Assembly (NCBI RefSeq): GCF_006345805.1
Contig: NC_043010.1
Coordinates: forward strand, 63,860,001-63,924,000
DNA length: 64,000 nt
Direction of reading: 5' to 3'
From: Octopus sinensis
Lineage: Eukaryota
Below the pieces are notes generated by a model. The model searched no databases. It had not been told where the DNA came from and worked only from the letters and a program-made list of their open reading frames with translations. Each line of letters opens with the position of its first letter. Position 1 is the first letter of the stretch. Of the stretch, positions 11,161-23,815 are shown one piece after another. A program made the translations under genes and the position numbers.

Positions 11161-11545
11161 ACTCTTTACTCTTTTACTTGTTTCAGTCATTTGACTGCGG
11201 CCATGCTGGAGCACCGCTTTTAGTCGAGCAAATCGACCCCGAGACTTATTCTTTGTAAGCCCAGTACTTATTCTATCGGTCTCTTTTGCCAGACCGCTAA
11301 GTGACGGGGACGTAAACACACCAGCATCGGTTGTCAAGCAATTCTAGGGGGACAAACACACACACACACACACATATATATATACATATATACGACAGGC
11401 TTCTTTCAGTTTCCGTCTACCAAATCCACTCACAAGGCATTGGTCGGCCCGGGGCTATAGCAGAAGACACTTGCTCAAGATGCCACGCAGTGGGATTGAA
11501 CCCAGAACCATGTGGCTGATTAGCAAGCTACTTACCACACAGCCA
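11161..11545 (-). mobile_element. SINE family A (tRNA-like head, internal TA/TG microsatellite, GAGTAAAA tail)
   Basis: Matches the many copies in this window: approx. 25070-25400(-), 29075-29360(-), 33933-34344(-), 39908-40335(+), 41625-41990(-), 44410-44796(+), 57005-57362(-), 58025-58260(+). Confidence 0.85.
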
Positions 11546-11726
11546 TATATTTTTAAAAATTATTTAAAAAATTTGTATTTATTTATTTCATTATAAAGGC
11601 AAAACAACACCGCAGGGGGATCGATGTAAGCTTAAATAATAAACCGCGATATGGGGAGGAATTACTGTATTGTTGCGGAGCAGTGGGTTTTTCAAATGAT
11701 TTGGCTTGTAGTGGATTATTAACAGA

Positions 11727-11958
11727 GGATGGCGAGCTGGTAGAAACGTTAGCACGCCGGGCGAAATTCGTAGCAGTATTTCGTCTGTCGTTACGTTCCG
11801 AGTTCAAATTCCGCTGAGGTCGACTTTGCCTTTCATCCTTTCGGGGTCGATAAATTAAGTACCAGTTACACACTGGGGTCGATGTAATCGACTTAATCCC
11901 TTTGTCTGTCCTTGTTTGTCCCCTCTGTGTTTAGCCCCTTGTGGGTAGTAAAGAAATA
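11727..11958 (+). mobile_element. SINE family B (tRNA head + GCCTTTCATCCTTTCGGGGTCGATAAA core, resembling the MetaSINE domain)
   Basis: Near-identical copy at 33083-33315; degenerate copies near 13965-14400, 17205-17370, 35000-35290, 46220-46430 and 49200-49370. Superfamily name is from recall. Confidence 0.75.
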
Positions 11959-13279
11959 TATTAACTGAGTTTGTAAATAGAATCTCAACTACTCTCAGTA
12001 ATTGGTAAACATTTTAATCCAGGGCCCACCATTATAGGTGATATGTGGAAATCATATCAAAATTAACAAGATAATATTTAGATGCAAAGAATTGCCAATC
12101 ACTATCTCTGTAGTGTCTATTCAGTACTGTGGCCACTACAAGCCATGTAGAGTCTATTTCACCAGCAGCAAAAATGAAGCATGTAAAAAATGCTCTGTGC
12201 TTCACATGTGTCTTTAGTGGATGTATTTTGATGAAACGTCTGTTGTAGCACGGTTTCTACAGCGGGGTGCTCTTCCTAACACCAATCACTTTACAGAGTG
12301 CACTAGATGCCCTTTTCATAGCACTGGAACTAGAAAAGTTGTCCTGGCCCTTGGTAAGACTCTGAGAGCCCTCTGAGCCTGGTATTGTCTCTGATTCATT
12401 AACTGCTTTAAAGAGTATGTGGGGTGCATTTCTTTTTATGATACCAGCACTAGTGAGGTCACCTTGTAACTCTCAAGCCTAAAGGAACCCTACAACTGAA
12501 AAGGGAGATATGGAAGTGAATACTCTAAGGACGTGGAGAGAAAAGCTAAAGTAAGATGAGAAGAACAAATTTCTTGTTGTGGGAAGAAGGTAATGGAGTG
12601 AGTAAGGGAGGAGACACTTTTGGGGAGAGGGATTAATGCAAATTCCAGGGGAAAGGAAAGAATAGTGTCAGGGGTCAGAGAGAGTGAGTGGGTTGGGTAG
12701 AGGGGATTGGGCACTGAATTGTATAAGGATGAAAATGGAGAGATTGGTGTGAAAGAGATAGAGATGAGGGTAGTGAGGAGCTAAAGAAGTTGAGTGGACC
12801 TGTGTCTGTGAAAGAAGGATGAAGGGAGGGCCAGAAAGAGAGGAAGATGAGAGGTTGTTGGGGCAGCAGAGAAGCTGTGGAAAGTTAATAGAATGTGCCA
12901 TGTTGAATTAAGGGCCAAGAAATTAGTCTCTGTTTAATTCAGCTTTCATTGTTTTTGAATGTTTCCAGTTGTCGTTAACTATGTTATTGATACGTAAGAT
13001 GCAGACCAGCAGTGATAAAGCAAAGCTGTGATCAAAGACATTTCAGCTATGACCATCCATCCTGTCTTTTATTCAAAGAGTATATCTAACACTGTATTAT
13101 CCAATGCATCCTACATTTCTCCAAGATAACCAGATGTGACTTGAGGGAGATTTATCTGCCATTTCTATCAGGTTAACTGATCATATAGAAGCTTCCTCAT
13201 ATCAGTTTGGTAGTGTAGTGGTATCATGCTTGCTTTACTTTCTGTTAGGTGTTCATACTGGAGGGATATTTGTTGGTTT

Positions 13280-13720
13280 GCTTTCACATATTACTTTCAT
13301 ATTACAATATAACTGTCTCCTGTCAATAATGTCAGAAGGTGGTAGGGTCCTTTCTGTTTTCTTGCTTACCAGGACCTTGATCTTTGCGAAATTAATCTTA
13401 AGTCCTTTCGATTCCAGGTTTTGCTTTCATGCCTGGAATTTCTTTTCTAGTTCTGTTGCAGAGTCTGCTATGAGAGAAAGATCAGTAGTATATAGCCATT
13501 CCCAGGGGCAACCAGTCTTGAAATCTTGTGTTATGGCCTGGGGGACAATAACGAACAGGAGTGTTTTGAGAACTGAACCCTGATGAACACCTAAAGATAT
13601 TCTAAATTTATTACTGTACTCCTGGTTAACTCTCACTTCTAACATACAGTATTCATAAAGCATTTTACCCCGAACTTCTTTAGAGCCCACTGTATCACAC
13701 AGTGGTGTACACTCATGAAA
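13280..13720 (-). mobile_element. RTE-clade LINE reverse-transcriptase fragment
   Basis: 'GVHQGSVLKTLLFVIVPQAITQDFKTGCPWEWLYTTDLSLIADS' (degenerate QG and YADD motifs). Confidence 0.8.
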
Positions 13721-14529
13721 GCTTTCTCCAAGTCAACAAATGTCTAGTACAATGGTTTATTCTTAGCCGAATATTTCTTCTGCTGTAGTCTGACAATAAA
13801 CATGACATCTAGATTGCGTCAGACTGACATTATGTTCCCCAGAATGGAGTCACTAAAGAACATAATGGCATGTTTTTGCCTATAATATCCTTTAAATAAA
13901 ATAACTATTTAATTCTTTCCTTATTATTATTATTATATTATTATTATTATTTTTATTTTTATTAAGGTGCCGACCTGGTAGAATCGTTAGTATGCTGAAT
14001 GAAATGCTTAGTGTTAATTTGACTGTTGCTATTTTCTGGGTTCAGATTCTGCCAAGGTTGTCTTTGATTTTCATCCTTTCAGGGGTCGATAAATAATGTA
14101 CCAGTAGAACACTAGGGTCGATGTAATTGACCAGTCTCCTCTTCTTGCAAATTTCAGGCCTTGTGCCTACAGTAGAAAGGATTAGGATTATTATAATTAA
14201 GGCAGTGAGGTGGCAGAATTATTAGCACCAGCCAAAATGCTTAGTGACATTTCTGTCTTTACGTTCTGAGTTCAAATTCTGCCAAGGCTGGCTTTCTCTT
14301 TCATCTTTTTGGACTTAATATGTACCAGTTGAACACTGGGGTCGATGTAATTGACTTGTTCCCTTTCTAAAAATTGTTGGCCTTATTCCAAAATTTAATA
14401 CCATTATTATTATTATTATTATTATTATCATTATTATTTTGATGAAAACTGAGCTTATTTTGCTTGTATGATGGAAAAAGTCAGCTGCCCATGTCCTGTA
14501 GGCTAAGGTGACACTTGTTTACTGATTAT

Positions 14530-15270
14530 GTTTCAAGATCCCTGCCGAGAACTCTTGCAGTTCCAAGTAATGGTGAATTTTGTAGGTGTTTTATCTTTAC
14601 GTTTGTACCAATCTTTTTGAGCGATGTTTGTAGTTGAGTGCTGATACTTCCAAGTGTGTTCATCACTATTGTTATCATGCCCCACTCTCTTTATTGTCCA
14701 CAATCTGTGTATTTCCCACTTCAATTCATCATAGTTATTCATTTTTATTCAATTCTGTTGTCATCAGGACATGCTATGTCAATTATCAGCTATGTTTTTC
14801 CTTTTCTGTTCACCACCACAATGTCAGGTTTCCGATGTCTAATCTTATGGTTACTCTGAACCATTGCATTCCACAAGATCTTCATTCTCAGTAACTCTCT
14901 CTGGGATTTTGTCATACCATGCTTTTGATTTTTCTAGGCCATAATTTCCACAGAGACCCCTACAAATCATTCTTGCCACATTGTCTAATCATCGTTTGTA
15001 TTTGTGTAGGGGCCAATTTTGGGCATTCACTAACAATGTGCCATACAGTTTTGCTCCTCTCTCTACACATTTTGCATTTGTTGTTCCCACTTGTGTTATC
15101 AATTCTGTACTTCACATAGTTTGTCCCTAATGCTTGCTCTTGTGTCATGCATATCAGTGCTTGTTTCTATCCTCAAGTCACTCCTCTGCATCCATAACCA
15201 ATAGTCTTCAGTATCTGTCTTGACATTCATACCTCTTGCAAACTGTCTGTACATTTTTCCCTTCCATGCT

Positions 15271-15301
<31 letters not shown>

Positions 15302-16090
15302 GAGTTCTTCTTCTCTTTAAGTTTTTCTTTCTTTATACAATTATCAATTTTGATGATACTGGAAATCTGCACCTGCTTCAGCAATAGTTCCATGGTATTT
15401 TTTACCTACCACCCTAAGCTCTTTCCCTCTGCTTCAACACAATCCTGGCATCTGATCAAACGTCTCCCAACCTTTCTTCTGGATAAGCACAACCCTTCAA
15501 TGTCACTCTTGGGATGGAATACTCCAGGCACTGTCAATATTTTCCATGTCTTCGTATCCATGCTCATCAGTTCTTTCTTCTCCCAGTTTATGATTCCAGC
15601 TCCATACCAAAGTGATGCTCTTACCCATGTATTTACTGTTTGGATCTTATTCCATCCAGTCAATTTTGAGCACAACACCAATCTTAATCTTCAGAAATAT
15701 TCTTTACTTAGCTGTTCTTTCATATCCTCCTCCATGGTTGGACTCTGATATACCAAGGTATTTATTGTCTTCCTTTTCAACTTGTCTAATCACTTCTCTC
15801 TTAGGTAATTCTATCCCTGACTGGTACAGAACCTTTCCTCTTTTCAGGTTCATTATACCACACTTCTTAAGTCTGAATTCCATTTTAACATCAACGTTAA
15901 AACAGTGGACTGTGTTCACCAAAGAACTCACTTGTACCTCATCCTTGCTACATAGCTTCAAATCATCCATAAAGAGGAGGTGGTTGGTTTTTAGAGATTT
16001 TTTCTTTAACTGATATCCCAGGTTCACTTTCTTCTGTACCAAGGTCAGAGGGATCATGGAAAGTACTACTACTATTATTACTGGATGGAT
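14530..16090 (-). mobile_element. Degenerate RLE-type non-LTR retrotransposon (R4/Dong-like)
   Basis: 'HLLFMDDLKL' RT motif, 'DIEGLCLSRRKVGRRL' and the CCHC knuckle 'CKMCRERSKTVWHIVSECPKL', in broken frames. Confidence 0.8.
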
Positions 16091-16569
16091 TCGTATGAAA
16101 CTTTCAGGGATGTTTGGCATTGTGACTGGCATGAACTGATTAGATTTTGGGGCTGATCCGGTACCGGACAAGAATTCTGGATTATCTGTTATATTTACTT
16201 TGCATGAAGTATTATGATCTTACGTTAACTTTCAAGTCTTTCTCAATTATCTCCTTTTAAGATGTAACTATTTTGAATGGTGAATTTGTTAACTTTGGCT
16301 TGTATTAGATAAAGATAAACTATTTATTACTGTTACTAAATTTTCTACAACCACCTTCACATTCCATAACTACCATTGTGATTGATCAGGTACCGGACAA
16401 GGATTCTAGATTATTTTTCTGTTTTTCTTACTTAATTTTTGAGAGCAGTTGGGTTCATTTTTAATATTCTCATTTGTAAGAGCAGTTGAGTTTATTTCAG
16501 ATATTCTCCGGTTAATCATTGAGAGAACGTTGGTGTTGCCTCGGTGATGTGCACTCTCTGAGTGATCTT

Positions 16570-17180
16570 GTTATTATTATTGAGTGAGAGAGGAGCACAT
16601 GCTATCAAAGTGACACTGGGGAACAAATATATGAAGCCCAGTATACCCATTATGACTACTCATCTGATAAGGGTACACTAGGCACATGTATCACAACCAT
16701 ATTTGTGCAACATGGTGATCTCATACCAAAATAAATAGCGCATAATCTTGCAGGTGGAGCCCAGTTAGAATTTTCTTCAGGTTGAGTAACCCATCCTCTT
16801 CAAAAGGTCCCTGAATGAGGTTTGTTTTAAGGTTGATGAACAAAACACCCACACCTCCAGGTGAATTATTCAAACCCCAAAGAATCCCTCTCAGCACATG
16901 GCTATGATGCTCCCCCACTACTTCTGCTCGTGATCAGAGATGCACATATTGTCAGCCACTAAGGGACATGCTCAACTAGTTATGGTTAAATAACTGACAA
17001 GCAAATCTATGGCATTGAGCAGAATATTTGCTGTAGCCCATCTTTTATACCAAGACAAAACAACGCTTCCAGTTAGTTAAGATTAAAAGCCATGACAGCC
17101 ACTGCTTGGTGTTATATCAGGGTAGAGCCACTGTCTGGTACTGCATCAGGACAGAATTGCTGCCTGGAACTGCATCAGGG
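16570..17180 (-). repeat. Interspersed repeat, left arm of a long inverted pair
   Basis: Reverse complement of 17385-17945; (AAT)n tail faces outward. Confidence 0.8.
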
Positions 17181-17384
17181 CCTATTGTTAATATTATTAT
17201 TATTACTTTTCGTCTGCTGCTACATTCTGAGCTCAAATTCCACTGAGATCAACTTTGTCTTTCATCCTTTCAGGGTCGATGAAATAAGTACTAGTTATGC
17301 ACTGGGGTTGACCTAAATGACTGGCCCCTTCCCCAAAAGTTTCCAAGGCCTTGTGCCTAAAGTAGAAATAATAATAATAATAAA

Positions 17385-17945
17385 TTATGCCCTGATGCAG
17401 TACCAGGCAGTGGCTCTCATGGTTTCTTATCTTAACTGATTGGAAGTGTTATCATGTACATTGTTTTGTTTTGGTATAAAAGATGGGTTACAGCAAATAT
17501 TCTGCTCAATAACACAGATTTGCTTGTCAGTTGTTTGACCTTAATCAGTTGAGCAAGTCCTTTGGTGGCTGACGATATGTGCATCTCTGATCACGAGCAG
17601 AAGTAGTGGGGGAGCAACATAGTCATGTATTGAGAGGGATTCTTGGGGGTTTGAATAATTCCCCTCTGGAAACATGAGTGTTTCGTTCAACATCCTTAAA
17701 CAACCCTTATTCAGGGACCTTTTGAGCGGGATGGGTTACTCAACTTGAAGAAAATTCTAACTGGGCCTCACCTGTAAGGTTATGTGCTGTTTATCTTGAT
17801 ATGAGATCACCATGTCATGCACATACGGTTGTATGCATGTGCCTGGTGTACCCTTATCAGACGAGTAGTCATGATGGGTATACTGGGCTTCGTATATTTT
17901 ACCCCAGTGTCACTTTGATGGCATGCACTGCTCTCTCACTCAATA
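17385..17945 (+). repeat. Interspersed repeat, right arm of a long inverted pair
   Basis: Reverse complement of 16570-17180, about 80% identical by eye. Confidence 0.8.
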
Positions 17946-18261
17946 ATAATAATAATTATTATTATTATTATCAGAATTTTTATAGTGTTGGACGAAAATG
18001 CTTTGTCTATTTTCTTTGACTCTTTACATTCTGGGTTCACCTTTGTCCCTCATCCTTCCCGAAGGTCCATAAAATAAAGTACCAGTCAAGTACTGGGGTT
18101 TATGGTGCTAAATTATAAGTCTTCACCAAACTCTTGGCCTGCGATTAATTTAGAAACAGTTATTACAGTCATAAGTATAATAATATTTATTTATTTTACA
18201 TTAAATTAGATTGTTTTGTTTTTTTTTGCTTTTTTTAAATTTATATTTGAGTAATCAAAAA

Positions 18262-18381
18262 TCAGCTGAGCTCTTTGATGAGTTTAGCCAAATCAACAGG
18301 TGTTGGGCCTTTTGACACACCTGATATCTTGATTGATTTTGCTTTCAGCTGCTTCTCAGTACTTGGTCCCAATGCCAGCAC
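18262..18381 (-). CDS. UROS: UROS coding exon 8 (last): VLALGPSTEKQLKAKSIKISGVSKGPTPVDLAKLIKELS*
   Basis: TTTCAG| acceptor, phase 0; matches human 'FAAIGPTTARAL...TAESPTPQALA'; AATAAA about 70 nt after the stop. Confidence 0.92.
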   Translation of the reverse strand: MLALGPSTEKQLKAKSIKISGVSKGPTPVDLAKLIKELS

Positions 18382-18699
18382 CTGAAACAGAAAACCATGG
18401 CAACAATTTAATAATTCTCCCAAAACATGGCTGAGATTTTTAGGATTCTTCTTAGACATAGAGGACACAATAACTGTGAGGGTAACATTCTGGCCCCTTG
18501 GCCTGCATTCAGCATAAATGCTGATTGCTTCAGAATTTATGCTAAATGCACCTTTTATTGGAGGTGTATTCAAATTAAAACGATTAAATGCAAAGAATGA
18601 AACAATAGATTTAGAATTAATATTTAAGTGTAATATGCAAATGAAAGATTAAAAATTATAATTTAAATATAAGTAAAAATCCAATCCATTCTATTGACC

Positions 18700-19250
18700 T
18701 GTAAAGGGAACTGGTTGCTTCTTTACACTTTTGGGGTGCAACTTGGGTGCATCACAATTTCCTTTCTTTTTGTTTCTAGAAACTATCAGTCAAGAACGAA
18801 ACGCAAGTTTAAAAATAGATATAATTCTTTATTTTCTTGGTTCAACAATGAAACACGATGGTATGCTGGTATCCACCTAGTTCAACACAGCAAAGCCGAA
18901 TTCAAACGTTTGTAAGCTTTACAACAATTCAGCAGCAATAGAACAGGTTAAATCCTAAGCGTCTGGGACAGGAGAATAGGCTGATCACAGGTTTCAAAAT
19001 ATACGTCCTTTCTCTTCTATCGCCGTGTCTCAAGTCCCCGACGCTATTAAGGAACACGATAGAATTTCTTCTTCAGTCTCTAGCGCATGTGCATGAGGGA
19101 ACTTCCTTATGCCTTTCCAGAAGGTTCCAACCCTGCACACGCACACTGAAGAAGGACGTTTCGCACACGCACACTGAAGAAGGACGTTTCGCACACGCAC
19201 ACTGAAGAATGACGTTGCGTGTGCGCACACTGGAATATGACATCACTACA
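18700..19250 (-). mobile_element. Solo LTR (551 bp), probably Ty3/gypsy-type
   Basis: TGTA...TACA termini; 4-bp TSD GACC (18696-18699, 19251-19254); empty site CTATT-GACC-TTTGATGG in the duplicate at about 3026; internal 28-bp tandem repeats; AATAAA on the minus strand near 18830. Confidence 0.8.
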
Positions 19251-19586
19251 GACCTTTGATGGTTGATGAACACTGAAACTGGGATGGGTAACAGAAGAAA
19301 AATGGGTTTTTATGTGATTTTGCTTTGAAGAGGCTGAGTAATGGCTGTGACCGTTTGCAGGGCTTCTGACATACAAGGGGGGGAGTTATCCTCATACCCT
19401 AAGGCATGATACAATACAGCTGTACTGGCATACTGCTACGTGAAGCATCATACTTGACACATGAGGAGGAGTCACTGCCACTAACAGAAGGGTGTCATGT
19501 ATGTTAAACAAAGGGGGAATGGGTGACAAGGGCCATGGAAATAACTGTTTAAGAGAGAGAGAGAGAGAGAAATGAATGTTACAAAC

Positions 19587-19682
19587 CTTTGATTGAGACA
19601 TATCCCAGACTGGAGTTATAAAGGGTAGTGCAGAGTCAACTCCGGAAGGACTAAAGAACACAAGATATTCTGGTTGACCTTT
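19587..19682 (-). CDS. UROS: UROS coding exon 7: KGQPEYLVFFSPSGVDSALPFITPVWDMSQSK
   Basis: AACAG| acceptor, AAG|GTTTGT donor, 96 nt, phase 0-0; contains the hallmark FFSPSG. Confidence 0.92.
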
Positions 19683-20490
19683 CTGTTAAAGAAATATGAA
19701 AAATAAATAAATATATCTATTAAATCTAAAAGAATATGGTAGAATGTCCATATTTTTTTCTCTTGGAAGCAAATCATCATCATCATTATCATCATCATTT
19801 AGCGTCCGCTTTCCATGCTAGCATGGATGGAAAAATATTTTGGAAAAGTTGACAGTGATGGCTATAGGGGTAAGCACCATGACCAAAATCAATTGCATTT
19901 AAGTATTGCTTTGGCATTGAGTTACACCTGCACCACTCACACCATCAAAAATGCAGTAGAATGAGTTATTGAAAAAAGAATTCTTGACATCCCTTCTGTG
20001 GACAATTTTATCAAATGTGATACTTTAGAGACATCAGATCATCAGCAGGTTGTTCTCAGCTATTCATAAGATCTGATGTCTCTAAAGAGGCAATAAAATT
20101 ATTTCCTTTGATTTAGTGGTGTGTGAAAACATGTAGGCAATTACAAACGCACGTGTGTGTGTGTGTGTGTTTCCTACACATTTTTTTAACGTCTGTTGCA
20201 CTATTTTTTTTGTTTCTGGGTAATATTGTAAACATTTTGAAAAACAAAAATTAAATATCACAAGGGGGCATCAGGATTTTAGAAATGATTTGCTGGGGCA
20301 TGGCCAAAAATCGGTTCGGAACCACTGGGTTAGATGGAAAGTCAGTTGAGGCCAGATTTTAGGACAGAAAGACCTTCTTGCCACCAACTGTAACCTGTTT
20401 TCCAAGTAAGGGATTTATTTTGTTCTACAGGTCTTTGTAGGGTGACCAATCATATTGTCAATAAAGAATATCAATTTCATCACTGTCGTG

Positions 20491-20715
20491 ATTCAGTGGT
20501 AACAAGCATGGGATATCCACATTCAGTGGTAACAAGCATGGGATATCCACATTCAGTGGTAACAAGCATGGGATATCCACATTCAGTGGTAACTAGCATG
20601 GGATATCCACATTCAGTGGTAACAAGCATGGGATATCCACATTCAGTGGTAACAAGCATGGGATATCCACATTCAGTGGTAATAAACATGGAAGCATAGA
20701 ATATCCGCATTCAGA
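20491..20715. repeat. 30-bp minisatellite (ATTCAGTGGTAACAAGCATGGGATATCCAC) x6 plus a degenerate unit
   Basis: Head-to-tail units; one substitution in unit 4. Confidence 0.95.
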
Positions 20716-21043
20716 TTCTAGTGTGCATTCACACACACACACAGATATACATACACTTGTATATGTATTATATACACCAGGCTTCCTCACAGTTTCCATC
20801 TCCCAAATTCACTCATAAAGCGTTTGTTGGTTTGGGGCTATCATAGAAGAAGACTGAACCTGAAACTAGAGGGATGCTGGATAAAGGTTGGCCTGGGAGT
20901 GGGGGCTAATCAACAGCAACTTCTGCATGTTAATCCTGTGACCTAACACTGTGTCGTTTTAATCCCAAGAAGAGGGGTCAGAGTTTACATGGCTACAGGG
21001 ACTAAATTGTTTGTAAAATATTATCTTGACTCATTGAACTCAC

Positions 21044-21129
21044 CAGTGCTTTGCATACTCCATCGATACATGTGTGAAGCTGAGGGTTGGGCACTGTTTC
21101 ATAAACTGTTAATTCTTCAACTGGGATTC
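21044..21129 (-). CDS. UROS: UROS coding exon 6: (G)IPVEELTVYETVPNPQLHTCIDGVCKAL
   Basis: TTTTCAG| and CTG|GTGAGT; 86 nt, phase 1-0; the TVY motif matches human Y168. Confidence 0.92.
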
Positions 21130-21340
21130 CTGAAAATGACAACCAAAGATGCAAACATAAACGTTTTTTAATGAAGCTGGTTTGACAGAAAGCAAAAAAA
21201 CGTGTAAGATTCTAAAGAGTGTTGTTGTAGGATTCTGTCCTAAATTACTACAGTCAGTATGTGGAGCTAGTGAAGAAGGCGCACGAGGTTGCTAAGCTTG
21301 CTAGAAACAGCAACCATGAAAATACACCACAGCATTTTAA

Positions 21341-21550
21341 CCCTTTAGCATTCAAACCGGCCATAATATTTAACCTGTTTTATATTGAAACTGACCAGAT
21401 CTCACCTCTCACCTCAGCCCTACCATGTCATTCTAAAACTAAAAAATCACATCACTGAAATCTCTAAACTACAAGATAATGCATGATTAATTCAAAGCAA
21501 TATAAATAAACAAATATCACATTTGACAGAATAATCTGAACACCAAAGGG
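21341..21550. mobile_element. piggyBac-type MITE
   Basis: TTAA|CCCTTT ... AAAGGG|TTAA. Confidence 0.75.
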
Positions 21551-22259
21551 TTAAATACAATGGAGAATGTTGTCCTAGACATATGGCTAAAAAAGAGGCA
21601 TGTGCATGAGTGAATTGTCTTTGATCACAAGTCTGCTTGATTACGGTTGACCTGGTGCTACGGAACAAAAATAGCAGTCGTGAACACTACTGTAGAGAAC
21701 CAAACATATAAAGAGAAGATGGAAAATTAATTAAAGCTGACAGCTGGAACCGATCTGGTCTGATACCATCAGAACTGAAAACGTAATCCAGGTAATGCAT
21801 TTGAAAATCAGAATTGATACTTTGAAGCATTCATTTCCATCATCATCATCATCGTTTAACGTCTGCTTTCCATGCTGGCATGGGTTGGACGATTTGACTG
21901 AGGACTGGCTAACCAGATGGCTGCACCAAGCTCCAATCTGATCTGGCAGAGTTTCTACAGCTGGATGCCCTTCCTAATGCCAACCACTCCGAGAGTGTAG
22001 TGGGTGCTTTTATGTACCACCAGCCACGCTCAAATGGTGTTTTTTACGTGCCACCTGCACAGGAGCCAGTCCAGCAGCACTGGCAATGACCTCGCTCGAG
22101 TGGCACTGGCAACGACCTTGCTCGGGCAATGATTTGATAATTTTTAGTAATTGCAACCATACCAAGTAACTTATCAATAATGAACTCACTGCTATATGTG
22201 TGTGTGGTGTGTGTGTGTGTATGTCTCTTCTATTTTTTAATTATTATAAATCTTCCACT

Positions 22260-23815
22260 GAAGAGGGAGTCGGTTTCCAACAAAGATACAAGGCTCTGTC
22301 TTTGGGATGTAGTTAACACAGACAAATTCACATTTGGAACTTGAGAAAAGTGTTGAATATTTTTACTGTTCCACTCACAGATTGAACTTGTAATGTATGA
22401 ATTAGCTATTTGATTTCTCTTGCTGAAAATCCCAGTTTATCCAGATTCTCCTTTACTAACAAAACCTAGTGCTCCAATTATTATTGGTATGAATATGAAT
22501 TCATAGTCTGGATATAGAAGCTGGAGGTTTTGAAGCAGTTGTCCATAGATATCCTCTTTTACTTTAATTTTCAAAAAGATATTTATATCTGCAGGGCAGC
22601 TGACCTCTATGATGGTACATACCTTTGTCCCTCTGTCCCAAACAACAATATTCGGCCTGTTATGTTTACATTTGGCAGAAGTTTTGATGGGAATATTTCA
22701 CCCGTATTCTTTGGGTTGGTGTTTATGAATGCATTCCATAGCAGAGGGATTTTCTAAGTTTATTTCAGGACAGTCTTTTTTGCGGATGGCATTGTAAATA
22801 GTTTTAGCGACAGCATCGTGCCATATAGGGAGGTAGTACCATGATGAGATTTTAGGACAGCTGCTAATCACATGCACAATGCCTTTCACAGAAACATGAC
22901 ACAGCCTACACATGTAGTTGCACCTTGGGATTGTAAGAGCGTCACCTGTTCAACAGGTACTTTGTGACAATCTCCTGTTCCTAGATTGCAAATGCAATCA
23001 AAGTGTGATGGGATGTAGTGGTCTTGTGTCCAAGAGAGGCAGCGCTTCATGTCAATTCTACTGTCTTCTTCAAGCTTCCATGCAACATACCCATGCATAG
23101 TCTTTCTTTTTTTGTATGCTGAGTGCTTTTCATCCAAGACTTCTCTGAGGTAAGAGAGCCCAGCTGTTTGGGGGCTGTATAGGAGATCATCAGGAAGAGA
23201 GGGCTTCTTGAGGAACTCCCTGCCAACTCGTACAATGTTACTCCCTTCACTTTTCAGCACTACATTTATATATTTACAAGCGGTATCGCCCAGCGTTGCT
23301 CAGGTTTGTTTCGACCCTTTGGAATTGGAATTTTTGAAAAGTAAAAATTTTGCATTATGTAGCTTGTTATTCTCCTTAAGTGAACATTTTTCTAGTTGAA
23401 ATACACCAAAAAAATGGCGACACAGCAGTAAAAAAAATCGTAAAAAATAGGGATTTTCATAGAAAAAAAGAACCTTTTTGATGTAAATAATTTTTGGTGT
23501 TAACATGGTCCGATTTGAATTATCTCTTCTACGGAAGGAAGAGCAAACTTTCTTCTATCATACTCTCGATTTTGGTCAACTTGCACTGCAGGGTCTCGGA
23601 GGAGATAGTGTTAGTTGAAGGCTACCAAACCTGCCGTACACAGACAACTTCAGCTTTATATATAGAGAGATTTTTGGTGCTGCTGTTCAGCAGTTGCTGC
23701 CTGAGTGATGCCATACGGCATTCAAATGCCGTTTGCACTGACCTCAGGCCTCTACCACCTTCAATTCTTCGTAGGTAGAGCCTGTCAACATCACTGTTTC
23801 TGTGGAAGTTCATTC
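22260..23815 (-). mobile_element. Second degenerate R4/Dong-like RLE LINE, split by a Helitron
   Basis: 'SDVDRLYLRRIEGGRGL' and 'CRLCHVSVKGIVHVISSCPKI...HDAVAK' (CCHC/RLE region). Confidence 0.8.
23277..23670 (-). mobile_element. Non-autonomous Helitron H3
   Basis: A|TC 5' end; hairpin plus CTTG|T 3' end; no TSD; removing it restores the LINE reading frame. Confidence 0.8.

Noticed and set aside
20491-20715. CRISPR-like array or repeat-protein ORFs
   Set aside because: Contiguous identical units without spacers, in a eukaryotic intron.
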